Origin: Octopus sinensis
Lineage: Eukaryota
DNA length: 64,000 nucleotides
Direction: 5' to 3'
Assembly (NCBI RefSeq): GCF_006345805.1
Contig: NC_043006.1
Location: forward strand, 61,194,001 to 61,258,000
Positions 1 through 14,525 of this stretch are shown here, piece by piece (positions within the stretch are counted from its first letter, which is position 1; each line of letters starts with the position of its first letter). Below the pieces are notes generated by a model, which saw only the letters and a list, made by a program, of their open reading frames with translations, had not been told where the DNA came from and ran no database searches. Made by a program: the position numbers and the translations under genes.

Positions 1-351
1 CTCGTACAAACAAAAAAGTCATTACGTTAAGTAGACTGAATCTGTTTTGTAAAATCAGAAAATTGCACTAAGAATTTACTCATATGAATATGATTGGAGT
101 GGAGTGATACGAATAAATCGCTCAAATTACAGAAACAATAAATTTTGTGCAATTAGCATTGAACCTAATAAACCGTGATCGAATCTAGGCATAGAACAAT
201 AATACAATGACGTGTATCATATTTCAAAAGCTTAGAACAATGATGTAATCATAGAAATCAAAGCTAAAAGACGGCACATGGGCACAAAATCAAGGTACAT
301 ATTGATATCTGTACTCAATGCCATATGTATATATACCTATACGTTTGTGTG

Positions 352-356
<5 letters not shown>

Positions 357-403
<47 letters not shown>

Positions 404-477
404 GTCAATGTATGTACGTGTATGTGTATGTTAATATATATATATATATTATATATATATATAATATATATATATGT
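357..477. repeat. (TA)n microsatellite, representative of dozens of (TA)n/(CA)n/(GA)n/(GATA)n tracts across the window
   Basis: Direct sequence; these tracts generate the [12 protein letters not shown] pseudo-ORFs in the ORF track. Confidence 0.95.
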
Positions 478-1220
478 TTCTCTGTTTACATCTATACGTA
501 CATATACATATTTTTCGTCATTTATGTGTTTCAATTTGTTGACTGCACACAGGTTATTTTGTATTTATCTTTCTACTGGGATGTGATCTTCATTCTGTAT
601 AAATACTGTTCCTGACACATTTCCAGCCAGCAATTCGTGCCAACTCTAACTTTACTCTTTGTATAATAATTTTAACAGCAAAAGAGACCTTGGGGACCAG
701 CTCTTAGTACGAACGATAAAATGAAAGTGTTTCATCTTCAGAAGAACACATGGATGACGTACTGACATCCAGTTGGTTATGAAATTTCTTGTTTGACAGT
801 CCCATCCTTATTATTAGGTGATTAGAGTTAACAATTTGGCCAACTCACCAGACGCGTGTATATGTGTATATTGGTGCTCAATTAATTGTACTAAGAGACC
901 AGGCATGTTTTCAACCGTTGGCAAAAAGCAAGATAGTATAAGTAATTGCTTGATTGTATTAGGATGATATATAAGATATAGATGAATAACTTTTAATGTA
1001 CGTAATCATACACACAGACAACTCACAGCACACACATGCACAAATCCACTCCAATGCACTCACGCACTTTTATATATATTAATTTAGATTATATCAGACC
1101 TCTGCGGGGTATGTAACTTTTCAATATATACATTAAAATAACATGAGTTGAAGTGAATTTAATGGATTAAACTGAATTACATTAGGCAATATGCGCTTAA
1201 TATTTTGTCAATTGGATTAT

Positions 1221-1545
1221 ATCTATATATATATATAAATCTGAGAATGTGTGTCTATGTGTGCATCTCTGTAACTCGAGAACTACCCAACCGATTTCAT
1301 TCATATTTTACACATACACTATTAAGAGTCTCTGGAGCGTCATAGGCAAAAAACTTTTCACCTTCCTGCCTAAAGCGATCCCGGAGCAGTCTCTTTGACT
1401 ACTTCTGTATTACGTGTCAAAAGTGAAACAATAACATCTCTATTGTAATGTGAGATAATAACTTCAGTTTTAATACTTTCACTATGTATATAATATATAC
1501 ATGATGAAACTATTAATAGTGAAACTATTATTTCACATTACATAT
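1221..1545 (+). mobile_element. Non-autonomous Helitron-like 5' fragment
   Basis: Starts ATCTATATATATATAAA followed by TGTGTGTC and CAACCGATTTCA, the same layout as the 5' end of the element at 63287; no 3' CTAG end found. Confidence 0.45.
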
Positions 1546-1550
1546 AATAT

Positions 1551-1597
<47 letters not shown>

Positions 1598-1657
1598 TCA
1601 TGTATATATCTGCACATATGTATGTTTGAATATGTATACACACACACACACACACAC

Positions 1658-1707
<50 letters not shown>

Positions 1708-3949
1708 CAAAATTTAGGGGACTGACCACTAAAAGTCGACAGCCTATATGCTAAACATAGACGTCAAATCGCCATTACCACGAAGAATGTGTTCTCAAGA
1801 AAAATCTCAGCAAAAAAAGCAAAATGTAAAAATAATGAAGACAAATGAAAATATACGAAACAAAAAAAACATTAACTATGTACCATTGGTTTCACTTGTT
1901 AATATTTACGTATATGGACACGCAAATCTCAAAGTGAATGCATTTGAAAGATACACCTAAATATAATTTGTAGAATTTCATACATGCTGGATTTCGGTTG
2001 AGCGTTCTGTATCTAGTTCTGGAAATTGTGTTTTGTATTGTACCGCCTTCCTCCCTTAACAAAGAAAAGAAGGCGTCCTTTTTCTGTGCAGTAGCCATAC
2101 TGAAACGCACTATGGATGACTCGTGCAAGGGTAATTGAGACAGGCAACTTTATCTCTGGACGCGGGTTGGTGAGTTATTTTAACTACCACCTTCCTTGTA
2201 AGATCCGCCGGGAGAAAAAGTGCCTCTCCCACGGAATGTTCATGAAAAGATGGATGACTGTTGTAAGGAAGCTGAGAGTAAATGGAACCGTGCTAGTATA
2301 GCCGGTCAAGGTGAAAAGAAGGAGAAGGTGAGGAAAATACGGAAGAAAGAAACAAAAAAGGAATTTAGAGGGAAAACAAGAGAAAACCGGCGGGTTAAAT
2401 AAGTACTCCAAGCTTTATATTTTTATTAAAATCATCCAATTTTAAAACTTCATTCGATTTCACCCACTCGATTTCATTGTACCGTATTAATCCTTTTGTA
2501 CCATGTTTGTAACTCTTCCCCTTTGTTATGGTTGTCCTTGTTTGTCCCCCTTATGTATGCCTGTATAGGCAATAAGAAATATAGTCAGTGAGGTACGCAG
2601 TTCGGGCCAGTCACGCAGACGAGGAAATACGTCGCCATATTTCGGAACATGAATTAGTGCATTTACATTGCCAAATAATGTAATAATATTTAGACATGAA
2701 AATGAATATATGAGTTTCCCTGACGTTTGTTTCAAGCAACTTTAAACTGAAAATAGAATGTGTTTACTATCATTGTTGAACTGGTAATGAGTTGGGAAAT
2801 TAGTCGTTGTATCTTGATTCAGTTTGGAATAATGAGAGAAAGGTAGAGATACATCTGTGCTTTAACAACCATCAGTGCTATTTAAAAGTACGATTAAATG
2901 CATGTTTAAGAAAATGCTTTACATGTATTAACGAAATTATGCACTAATTTGCTCTCACTGTAATCTATTAATTTAATGTTGTATATATATATATATATTG
3001 AGCATAAATATCTAAAATAACTGAATGTCACCCAAAAAATTCAATGTGGTTTTCTAAAATATATTAAGTTATCAAAAATATGATATTGCTGAAATCATTC
3101 TCAGTTCAAGTAAATTTTTATTCCTAGATTCTTAGATTTAATAAAATTAAACGCCAATAGTTAGCAAACGGAGTCGCAAAAGACGAAAACGAAACATCTG
3201 AGGTGGACTCAACAGCAAACTTTTTAAAAGCTAATATTCAAAGCTTTAGAAAATTCATTTTGAAACATGAATGTCTTGAAAAAATCGTTAATCGTAGTTT
3301 TATTGGAAACAAGTGTAATTAATTAAAATATGCTACAGATCTTTCTTGCATATTTTCTTTTATAAATATTTAACATAAAAAACAATTTATCTTAAACTTC
3401 CTATGCGATGTGTACCATTAATTTGTTTTGTGATCTTTAGCGCATCGCAATCAAAACCATTGAGACCCATTGAGATAACCTATGCTCTTTCCAGAAATTA
3501 AATGACAGCTTAGGTATCTCTTCTCATAAATAAGTTCTAAGCAGACAGACAAAATATAATAAATGCTTCGCCGGACACTGGACTATTACGAAAGCTGCAA
3601 GCCTGTTAAATACTAACTAGATTAATGTATTATTACCTGGCTTCGTCTTGCATGAAATATTTCTTAAATGATGAAAAGCATTCAATACAAATTGTTAATG
3701 AATTTAAGATAAACGGTTGATTCATGTATAGTTTTCTAGACATCAGGTTCTCTGCATCTATAAAAGATAAAATGATTACAGGACGGACATTTTTAGAAAA
3801 TACATTAACCGTAGATACAGATCTCCCCAGAAATGTTGTGGCCCATCGGAAATATTTTAACATCTCCAACAAATCACACAGAAAATAGACGAGAACAATC
3901 ATCCACTTGCGTCCAGAATTCCCTCTCCTGCATTGCACTTGATAGGTTA

Positions 3950-4900
3950 CTCTTTATAAGACTAGGGTCTTCAAGCACTTAGTCAATATATGTCTTTGTA
4001 GGACGACCCAGGAACGCTTTCCGTGAGTTGGTTCCCACATCAGCTTTTGAGAAACATTTTGAACTGTTCTATGAAGTCATTGTCTACGGAATCTCTTTTT
4101 CATTTATGGTAGAGATAACTCTTTGAAAATTATCATAAAAAACCTGGTTTCTAATATAGGAAAGCCATGTCATGCAATGTGCTGTTCCTAGATAGCTTTT
4201 GCATGTTTCATCAAGATTTCTCCCCAGTGTCTTAGGTAAAGTCCATGTAGTGCAGTTGTTTAAGGTACGGTTTCTGTTGCTGCTCGAAAGAAGCTAGTTA
4301 TAAGTTCTCTGTTTAGATTTAATTTCCAAATGGTGTCCATGCAAGTTCGAACGTTTTCCTTAATAGTTTGAAATATAGGAAACTACCTAGTTTTTTCTAA
4401 TTCGTATACATTCACAGTTAATAGGTAGCTATCTTTTTAGTTATAAGACATGGACATAGTTTTGTCTTCGTTGGTATGTAATTCACTGTGTAAAGCACAG
4501 ACGTCCTGTCGAAATGAAAGCAGTTGTACAAGTGCTATTGGTTCGCATGTTGACGTTAAGTCTTCAGTATAATTTGTATGTATGTGACGTACTGAATGAG
4601 GTCTCATGCTGCAAGCTTCTTAAAGTTTAAAACCGATAGATTCAGTAACTTCTGTTGCCTCTCTCATTGTATATTCCAGTAGTATTACGGGACAAGCACG
4701 TCAGCTTGAATAAATCTTGCTTGGATTTGAAAAGATCAAATGTAGCTGTCGTGAGACAGTACTGTCGCAGAGGTGTAATTGCAGAGCACTTCGATAGTTG
4801 AGAACATATTCATTTTTTTTGTTTGCCCAGAAGCGGTTTAACGCGAGACTTTATTCCATTCAGAAGCAATTTGCTGCAATTTATTGCAGCCACCACTACA
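3950..4900 (-). mobile_element. Highly degraded RTE-type LINE reverse-transcriptase remnant
   Basis: Minus-strand translations ..KLLLNGIKSRVKPLLGKQK.. and ..MDTIWKLNLNRELITSFFRAATETVP*../..CTTWTLPKTLGRNLDETCKSYLGTA.. resemble RT-entry and post-RT motifs of RTE-like LINEs; many stops and frameshifts. Confidence 0.6.
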
Positions 4901-5029
4901 AACGTGAAATAGATAAAAATTATAATGATTGATGGTATAAAGTAATTAAACCGGTTGAATAAAGAATGGAATGAGGTGAGTTAAGCATCGGAATTTAGTT
5001 TAACTGCTGTTTACTTTAAATAGGTAGTA

Positions 5030-5610
5030 TATAAATTATAAGCTAGGTGAGGTGTAGAAATAGGAATTAAGGAAATAGCATAAAAGCCAGTCCAGAAAAA
5101 AATTGATAATAAGGTAAACACACTATTTATATTTGAGTTTATATCATTTATGATCTATATATTTGTGGAAATAAAATGTTCGATATCCATACAGAGGTAG
5201 TCGTCTTACTGCATTTGGATATGTGGTGAAATCTAAAAGCCTTGGTGAATTTATGAACCCAATCAGAGAACTGTTTATGTAGCTTATTTAATAATTGTGC
5301 TGCACTGAATAGGTATTTCATAAATTAAGAGGTAGGTGAGATATAGAAATATGAATTAAGGGAGAATGATAAAGTGAGGATCAATGGAATAGAATAAAAT
5401 AGAAGAACATGATAATAAGGTAAATATACTAATTTAATTAAGTGATCTTATGCCATATCTGAACTACATAGCGAAAGTAAAGTGTCAGATAGCAATAGAA
5501 GGATAGTAGTCTTAATGCATTTAGATTTGTGATGAAATCTAAAAGTTTTGAAAACTCTATGAACACAAGCGGAGAAGGCTTCGAGTTGTTTATTTAATAA
5601 TTGTGTTCGG
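5030..5610. repeat. Old diverged tandem duplication, about 300-bp period
   Basis: Shared blocks TAGGTGAG..TAGAAATA..AATTAAGG, GATAATAAGGTAAA, TAGTC.T..TGCATTT, TGAAATCTAAAAG and TTATTTAATAATTGTG each occur twice about 300 bp apart. Confidence 0.6.
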
Positions 5611-5784
5611 TTATGCAATCATATTTGTATAAATTCTTTCAATCATAACTAACGTGGAGGAAGTGGAGGACGTGCGTCAGCGATGGACCATGATGTAGTA
5701 CAATACATGTGGCGAAATTTCTTTTTTGTCCTGAAGTAGTGTATATGTTCTGTTAGCGAAATAGATTTCCTAGGTTTTTCATAT

Positions 5785-6009
5785 TTAACCCTTTGATTAC
5801 TATATTTATTTTGATATGCTTTGTGTTTCTTTCAATTACTTTCAATATAATAAAGAATTTAGTAAAATAACTTAGTTATCATTTAGCTACTGTTATGAAC
5901 ATAAATTGTGACTAAAGCTTGTTGGAAGATTTTAATTCAAAACTTATGAAACCAAGACTTTTGTACTCAGAGTGCCTCTTTCATCTGGGTTGGTATCAAA
6001 AGGATTTAA
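5785..6009. mobile_element. piggyBac-like MITE remnant
   Basis: TTAA-CCCTTTGATTAC ... GTATCAAAAGGAT-TTAA: imperfect TIRs with TTAA flanks. Confidence 0.45.
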
Positions 6010-6198
6010 ATGCGCTGAGTATTATTGCTTAAAAATAGCAGAAGCTCCATTATAAACCTTACATGCAGTTTTCGCGTATGTTTAGGACTGAGCATTTATA
6101 TTCTACATTAAACCGTCTGCACTTATCTTGTGAAGTAGCTATCCCATTTCTTCAAGTTAGAGGTATTTGGTCTAGGAATATTTGTACTGAAGGTATTA

Positions 6199-6584
6199 AA
6201 GGGGGGTAAAGACCCCCTTCGGTCATGAATGACCATGGGATTGCACCTAGAAAGTTACCCTTCTAGACACAAGTCCGGGCAAAGTTGTTTATGGAAGACC
6301 AGCAGTCGCCCATGCATACCAGTCTCCCCTATCCACGCCACCAGTGTTATCCAAGGGAAAGACAAAGGTCAATACAGCTTGAAACCAGTGACGTCGCAAC
6401 TCATTTCTACAGCTGAGTGAACTGGAGCAACGTGAAATAAAGTGTTTTGCTCAAGAACACAACACGCAGCCCGGTCCGGGATTCGAGCTCACAAATCCCG
6501 GACCGGGCTGCGTGTTGTGTTCTTGAGCAAAACACTTTATTTCACGTTGCTCCAGTTCACTCAGCTGTAGAAATGAGTTGCGAC
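6199..6584 (-). mobile_element. SINE insertion with a 5' fold-back duplication
   Basis: SINE-like body (..AAGTGTTTTGCTCAAGAACACAAC..CCGGGATTCGA); perfect 91-bp inverted repeat 6393-6483/6494-6584; TSD ACTGAAGGTATTA at 6186-6198 and 6583-6595. Confidence 0.85.
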
Positions 6585-6784
6585 TGAAGGTATTACTATT
6601 AGTATAATTAGAAAGTCTAAGGATTAATTTAGGTCTGTTTAATATGCCCTCTACATATGTGCTATTCTCCGTGACCAACGGATATTGTCACACACATCGA
6701 GAGGAAGTAATCCAGCATTATTAGCATGGATGGTGGTGTAATCCTTGTAATAGTAACAATTACTATTGTTCGTGTTATTATTGT

Positions 6785-6819
<35 letters not shown>

Positions 6820-7774
6820 GCACACATACATACATATATATATTCACCTTCTTATAGATGTCTCCTTATAATTAAAAATATACTACCACACCTACTATAA
6901 ATGAACCCCCCTCTGAATACATGCATACATACGTATACATACAAAATTAGTCTAGATTGCTCTTTAAATGCCGTATTCGATGTAAGTATGAATTTGAAAA
7001 TGTAAATATGTGTATATAATATATTTAATGCCTTACATATTATTTGATATATTTAGTATACTTCGCAGTTTGTCTAAACATTTAGTCACTAAGGTGATTT
7101 GTTATGCAAGTAAATATTTGCAGTTTTCCATTTAGTAGAAATATGACGATTATATCAAATTTAGCCACTTAAAGGAAATGTATTTCGCAACCATATCTCG
7201 CTTCAAAAATAGTTTCTAAAAGTATCTACATTTGATATTAACAAAGAAATTTTGTTTTCGATTCGTTGGTTATTCCAGTACATGATTTTCCACATGTGTG
7301 CGATCATTAGGGTCAAACCTTTTCCGAAGCATACTGGCTGTTTCCTTTCTTGCATGCAAGAGAATGAAGTTAAACTCGTCGAAAAATTTCGACAATGAGA
7401 GCAATCATTTGAAACATGGTAATAGATCACATTGCTGCAAATGTTATTTTCGTTCTTTTTCCGATTCTCATCTGTAAATAGTTTTCATTAGAAAAATGTA
7501 AGGAAAAGGAACCTTATGCATGATATACACTATAATGGTTAGGGTGTCCCAGAACGTTCTGTATGGGTTTTGCAATAGTACCTAACTAAGATTGTTTTTG
7601 TCTGGGTACTTCATGAAAGACTGAGCTGCAGTTCAAGTATCACATTCAGAACAGAACACGTTAAGATATTTTTAAACTTACTTAACAACGAACAGATTCT
7701 ATGTGCAGTTAAACCTTTCATAATTACTGAGCACTGGTTGTTATACAGCACAGAGTTTTTACATACATACATAT

Positions 7775-7836
<62 letters not shown>

Positions 7837-9849
7837 ATACATATATATACATACACGCATACATACATGCATACCTATATACATAAACAAGAGATGCAAA
7901 CATACCAACAAAACACCACGTTGTGATAAAAAATGTTTACTCTGCTAAACCAATGCGGAAGATATCACCCATTTCACCAGCATAGGCCCCAAAATGCCTA
8001 CGAGTTACTTCCTACGCATGGGACATGATATAGTTACAAAGACTATTTACAATGCTATTCGCGGGAAGGACAGCCCTGACGTATACATGAAAGATATGTC
8101 AGACCCAGCAACTGCTTAAAAACAAGAAACACTGGTCGAATACACCAATAAAATCCTCGGTTTAGTGCAAAGATAACAGACCCCTAAAGTGTTCTGTGTG
8201 ACAGAGAAGAAAAGTCATGCACTGCTGTAGAAGTCAGCTACCCAGCGGATGTGAATGTACAAGCACAATCCAGGAAAAAGAGAATATTTATGGCGAATGA
8301 ATACGGAACTTACCGCTCTTGCACCCTGATTATCTATTCTCACCACAGACGCATTAGTTTATATACCAACACATTTGTACAAAAACCTAGAAATACTCGG
8401 TTTCACGGAGAGAGAATAAAAGAAACTAACGTGGTTTCTCCAAATCCAATCTATTAATAGCGCTGTGAAGTTTTGTAAGACATTTCGAAAATTTTTCATC
8501 CGAGACTCTTATGTGAATAGATGAAAACATTTGGGTGTGTGCATTAACAGTTCAACCAACGCATCAACTTAACCACATAATTACAAACACTGGGAACTCT
8601 CTAAATTCACAAAGACTTGTCGCTTTATTAGTAACCGGCTTGAACTTTCTCACGAAGTACTTGGATTACACTTAAAGAAAACAAACATTCATACATATAT
8701 CAAGGTATAAATAATGGTCATTAAAAAGTCTTTCTTCCTTGCAGTAAAAATCGCTTACAATTGTTTCCAGTACTCATTATAGGATACTTACTGATAATTG
8801 TTTTACATTCTAAAAATGTATTGCTACTTTCGTCCATTATTTATAACTTGTCCTGTATATCACTCTTTGGGAGAACTAATATAAATTGAGCACAAACACA
8901 GATTTACAATACTGAATGATGATTTATAACTTGGACCCTCGGGAAATATTTTGCTCGGATTGATAATCCCTCACAGATAACTATAGAAAGAGAGAGAGAG
9001 AGAAATGGAGGAGAAAAGATCCCCGTAAATAAACATTTAAATCTGTGCCCCGGGAACAAATATTCAATATATATCAATGAATACGAAACACTTCAACCCA
9101 ATCACAATTATATAAGAATGTTGCATTAAAGAATATAAACACAACTAAATATTCTGTAACAACACACCAAAAAGAGAAAACTCAAATTATTCACGAAAAC
9201 CAAGAAACAATAGACAGAAAATAAAAGTTTAAGTAACGGGTTGTCTCCGAGATTCGAGACTTGACTCCAAATTGCAGTACAGTAACACTTTCCAATTTCT
9301 CAAACGCCAGTATCTGATGCCACTCCAAGCTTAAGCAATTAGATCTTTTCTAGTCAAAACAACGCTCAGAAAACAAAATGAAACAAAACATCAATGTGAT
9401 CGAGAGCACAGACTTCTTAAAGAATTCGACCAATCAGAACGCTGGCCGATAATCATACAAGCGACCTTTGACAAAATCAATTGACGAGTGCAAAAAGTCA
9501 ACCAACCAGTGTACTGTTCAGAAACAAGTGATAAATTAGTCAAGAAACAAATGACAACGCCAGGAAGCAATAAAGGAGATGAACTTCTGCCAAACCAAAA
9601 TATGTGACCAGAACATTCTAAAACCAAGTGACTTATTCAGGGACTCAGCTAGCCAAAATACTAGAGCACAAGCGTTCAAAAACAAAGGAACGTCATTATA
9701 TTTACAATCCCTCGGAACTGGAACCTTTAGCTTAAAAACCTACATATACAAAAGAATTTTAGCTTAACACAGCAACAAAGAATTATTCTTCAAACAATCC
9801 GACACATATGTGTGTGTGTAAGTATATATATATATATATATATATACAT

Positions 9850-9904
<55 letters not shown>

Positions 9905-10170
9905 GTATTGGTACACTCTTTCCATTTGTAATCACAAAATATGAACTCTTATTTGAATTTACATATCACGGAGAAGAATAATTTCTACCAATTCAGCACA
10001 CCACTTCCCTTCGATAATGGAACTGCAGCTATAATATATTTATATATTTTTGCTTTTAGTTTTATTCCTACATTCATTCTAATATTTCCCTCAATACTCC
10101 TTATTTTCGTCTTTTCCCAAATTGACTCATATTGAACTTTAATATTTCCTCCATTTAAACATATCACATC

Positions 10171-10218
10171 GTCTCTGATGAAAGAATATCTCTAATATCT
10201 CAGAAACAGCTGTAAGCT
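10171..10218 (+). ncRNA. Degenerate minimal type I hammerhead ribozyme (PLE pLTR-type)
   Basis: GTCT-CTGATGA-(imperfect stem II)-GAAA-CAGCTG (palindrome)-TA-AGCT; stems I and II partly decayed. Confidence 0.6.
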
Positions 10219-10529
10219 AAATGACTCTTAATAAATGTTCCGAAAATTCCATACAGTCTTGACTTTGTTGCCTCATTTTATTTAACACACACACACACAC
10301 ACACATAGAAAGAGAAAATATGAAGAAACACGTTTATTTTTGTGTTTCTTCATCCTTTCTCTTTCTATATATCCAACACATGTGTTTCCCCACTAACATT
10401 GTTTTACCATATCTATCCATCTATATATGGGGTCCTCCTCGGCCTCGGCGCACCAAGCGCCGCAGGCTCCTATCGGACAACCGAACACGCGTACCGGTAG
10501 ACCCAGCTCCCTTTGGAGGAGTGGTATCA

Positions 10530-10760
10530 GCGGCCGATGTCTTTAAAATGAAGCTGGATCTCTTCCTGTCAGGTGTCCCAGATGAACCAACTTCACGGCA
10601 GGAGGGGCAGATGAGGGCAGCTGCATCGAACTGTCTCATGCACCAAATAGCAGTTGCTAGAAAGCCTCCATGAAGTGAAACCAAGTAGCAACACCAAATG
10701 GCGGTGCCCCAGCATGGCCACAGCTCATAAGCTGAAACTAGAATCAATCAATCAATCAAT

Positions 10761-10762
<2 letters not shown>
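10530..10762 (+). mobile_element. CR1-type LINE 3' end with (ATCA)n tail
   Basis: Encodes ..DVFKMKLDLFLSGVPDEP.., a CR1-like C-terminus, followed by a 3'UTR and an ATCA repeat tail. Confidence 0.7.
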
Positions 10763-10800
<38 letters not shown>

Positions 10801-12299
10801 GTACATATACATAGAGGTGTAAGTGTGTGGTAAGTAGCTTGCTTACCAAACACATGGTTCCGAGACACCTTGGGAAAATGTCTTCTACTATAAACTTGTG
10901 AGTGGATTTAGTAGACAGAAACACACACACACTCCTCGAAATACGAGAGTAGAAAAAAGCCAACAACTGATGAAGGGACGTTCTTTATGTTGTTTGTCTT
11001 GTTTTCCACTTGTGTCTTTCTTTCATATTCCATGTATTTTTGTTGTACATGTTTCATGAGGACCTGTGTCCCCTCATATATATATATTATTGATATTATA
11101 TATATACAGCACGGATTTTTGTTAGTGAACAGGTCGCGGTCTTAAAGCGACGAAAATATTTTCACAGATTAAACTTAAATGTTGAAGTGAATCGAACGGC
11201 TTTTGTGTGTTTCTTAAATGGCTTCCAAACACCTTCCATGCTGCAATTGTTTGCGTTTCAGCACACGATCTCAGATCAAATCACTTGCTATGCAAGTACA
11301 TCTCCCTATATATATATATATATACTATATTATATATATACTTGTGTGTGTATTAATGTTTGCGTGTGTGTACGTGTGTGTACATATATATGTACACGAG
11401 GAGAGAGAAAGAAACAAAGACTGGAAGGAAGAGAGACTGGTATCAGTAGATATCATATTTAAAATAAAAATGCATATTTAATCTCATTTGTGCATAGCAG
11501 CAGATGGGAAATCAGGGACAGATTTAGCGCCTATAAAACTTATCACAGTACTTTTGCTCTTCGAACATTTAAATGAATAGGAACATTAAGATAAATTTTC
11601 AAATATGTACATCAAACATCATTTTCATAGATTACATTCTTTATCGGATGATGAATTAACTACATGCTTTCATATATACTTATACACATACGTGCATGCG
11701 TGTTTGTATTGGTGTATGCATCTATATGTACGTTTATATACATACATACATACATACAACTATGTATATAAATATATACAAAGACACACGCATACATCCA
11801 TACACACATATTCACACACACACACATATTCCCCCACACATACTCACCTAGTATGTGTTTTAAGGATGAATTGAGTAATATTTCTTAAATATGCTTTCTA
11901 TTTAAACAACAACTCAAGCCCATACCTACTTAAAACATGTACAGTGAGTTCATTATCAGAAAATATAATCGATTCATAATTTTTTTGATATTTCTAATAT
12001 CTCCGTTTATAAAAAGCATCCTTCGTTTTAAACGTTATCATCAAATCTAAATCTAAAACATCGTAACCATTATGGTAGACATATTTGAAAGTTGGCTCGA
12101 GGAAAGAAAATTTTTATTGGCCACAAGCACCCCGTTTAGTGCCTCTCTTTCTCTCAATGCATATTTCCGCTTATTTTCTTCAAACAATGCACACATTTTC
12201 CTTCATTTTGCACATTCTATTGCATCACTCACCCCTTTTTACTTGCATCATATTGAAACTACTTAGAGAGCTATTTCTTTAATTTATGAAACGCAATTT

Positions 12300-13740
12300 T
12301 GGTTTTTAATGTGGTCATTTTGCTCCTTTTATTTGGCAATATTACAGCCGCTTGGGTATGCGTTGAAGAGGTTCTCTTATCAAATGCCCGGTCTAGTGAA
12401 GTTTGTGTCGAATTTCAGTTTTAATGCCATCTACGCCAGCAGACTCTAATACTTCAGAATCAGACACTTTGTAAACACATTGATTTTCTGTAGAGAACGC
12501 AAACATCGCTGAAGAAATCGCTCAAATATGTTGGTATGTTTCCTACTATCTCATGCGAGTAAAGAAGGGATGAAAGCACACAAGCCCTGTACACTGTAAA
12601 GTTTGTGTCTCGATTCGGTTTACTATTCTAATTCGTTACCTAAAAGAGAAGCAGAATGCAGCACGCTTCCATGATACGTAAATGCACCTACAGTATTCAG
12701 TTATGTATTTTGAAGAAATAGCTTAGTTACTTAATATGAGTTGGAAGATAGTTGAAGTATAACAGCTATTTTATCTACACTTATTGGTAGCCCAGAAGCC
12801 ATATAGAATTTAAGTGTAAGCATTTGGTGCTGCATATCTCTGATTAAATAGGTAATCGTATCCACTCATCTGCATACAATAAACCACTTATTAGACATGT
12901 AATAGTCCTTGTTTTTGCTAACAACATTCCCAAATTAGTTTCTCAGCACACCTATAATGAATATATGCACGTTCCTGGCAAACATTATGCAAATAATATC
13001 TCTCTGCTTCATTCTACTTTCCCCTTTAAAATATTCTGTAGGAACTCATCCAATGTTAACGAATGTATCTACTTCATTGTGAATTACCTTATTACGTTCA
13101 CGAAAGGTAATGTTCGGTCAGCGTTACCGAAAACCTCCCATAATGATGACCTTTTCACTGTGTCAAAGATATTTCTTAAATCAGCATAATCTAGATTGAG
13201 TTCTTAACATTTTTCTATCTCCAGTCATGCAGAAATGATCGAATCCACTGTGCCTCGCTAGTTGCTCTAAAGCCACATTGAGACCATGAGAAAACATTCG
13301 GTGAAAGCTTATCGTTTAATCGTACAATGAGAACCGTAGCAAGTACTATCCCGCCAGAGGATAAGAGAGTGAATTCGCTTGGATGTGCACATTTAATTCG
13401 TACGCTTTTTTCCCCTTAGTAACTGGAAATTATAACACCATCACGCCAGTCATTTGGTGCTATTCCCATCTTCCTCGCATTGCAAATCATTTTATGCATT
13501 AATATTATGTTAACCTCACAACCAGAAAATCTCTCTGCCGTTTCATCTATTCCTAGTTCTTTTCCATCATCAAGTTTACTAATCGAGATTTGAACCTCTT
13601 CAGTTGAAGGAATAATTTCTAATTCATAAATGATTGGAATTTATTGAAGACTGAAGTTGATGTTATGTTTGTCATTAGAAATTTGGATACATAATTAAGA
13701 AAAATGCAGCTGCCATCATTTTACAATAATTTCTATTGAT
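12300..13740 (-). mobile_element. Degraded LINE (RTE-like) RT remnant
   Basis: Minus-strand ..QCGFRA.. and ..LDYADLRNIFDTV.. resemble QxGFR and FVDLxKAFDTV; heavily broken. Confidence 0.55.
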
Positions 13741-13999
13741 GTAAAGAGTGTTTCTTCATTGCTTCAGCGTTGCGATGTAATTCTTGTCACTTTAGGACAC
13801 TATGTTCTGTTTATGGGAGCATAAAACATATGATTTTCATGGCAATCGGCAGCTGAAGTGGTTTGCTCAAGAATATGATAGGACCACCCAGTCTAAGCAC
13901 TGAAGTCACTATCGCTAGATCACGAGTGCAACACCCTAACCACAAGGACATACACCCTTATATATACACACACACACACACATATATATATATGCATAT

Positions 14000-14525
14000 A
14001 GATATAAGACAAACAAGAGTGAAAAACGATAGAATACTTGTTATATGGTTAAACAATATATTTAAATCGTTATGTTAAAAAAGTTACAAAACTTTGTGTA
14101 TAGTAACATTGTTTTTGGAGAAATATCTGGTTTCGTATTTTCTTTTCAAATTTCTCAAATTTCTGTACCTATATTCTGCCATATCTTCGTTATGGTGAGA
14201 AGTATGAGAGTCCCAGAATAGGGGAAGGTTATCAGGGATGATTTCGGTGTAAGGGAGATAATAGAATATGATGGGAATGACTAGGTTTTATTAATTTAAC
14301 ATGATTTGGTTTAGAAAGAATAGAATGTTGGAATTGGTTAGGTTTTGCTTTATATTTTTTCAGTAAGTTTCCTTATTTAAAAATTTTGGAAATGGTTACG
14401 TTTTAGCTATTTATCTTTCAATGAAGTAGGTTTCCTTATTTAATCCAATTTGTGTTGGTGTTCGAATTGCACATTGATAAAACGGAAAGATTACAAATTG
14501 TGCTTTGCGCATTTCACAATGTATT
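14000..14525 (-). mobile_element. Penelope-like element 3' fragment (same family as 23926 and 28620)
   Basis: ..QFVIFPFYQCAIRTPTQIGLNKETYFIER matches the C-terminus of the two longer copies; followed by a pLTR-like tail with a decayed HHR at 14118-14156. Confidence 0.8.

Noticed and set aside
10429-10520. HDV-like ribozyme suggested by CCTCCTCG
   Set aside because: Could not build the nested double pseudoknot by eye
10930-10985. Possible type II hammerhead (CGAAA..GTA..CTGATGAAGGG; relative at about 26915-26965 minus)
   Set aside because: Stem I does not pair; cannot be supported without a family consensus
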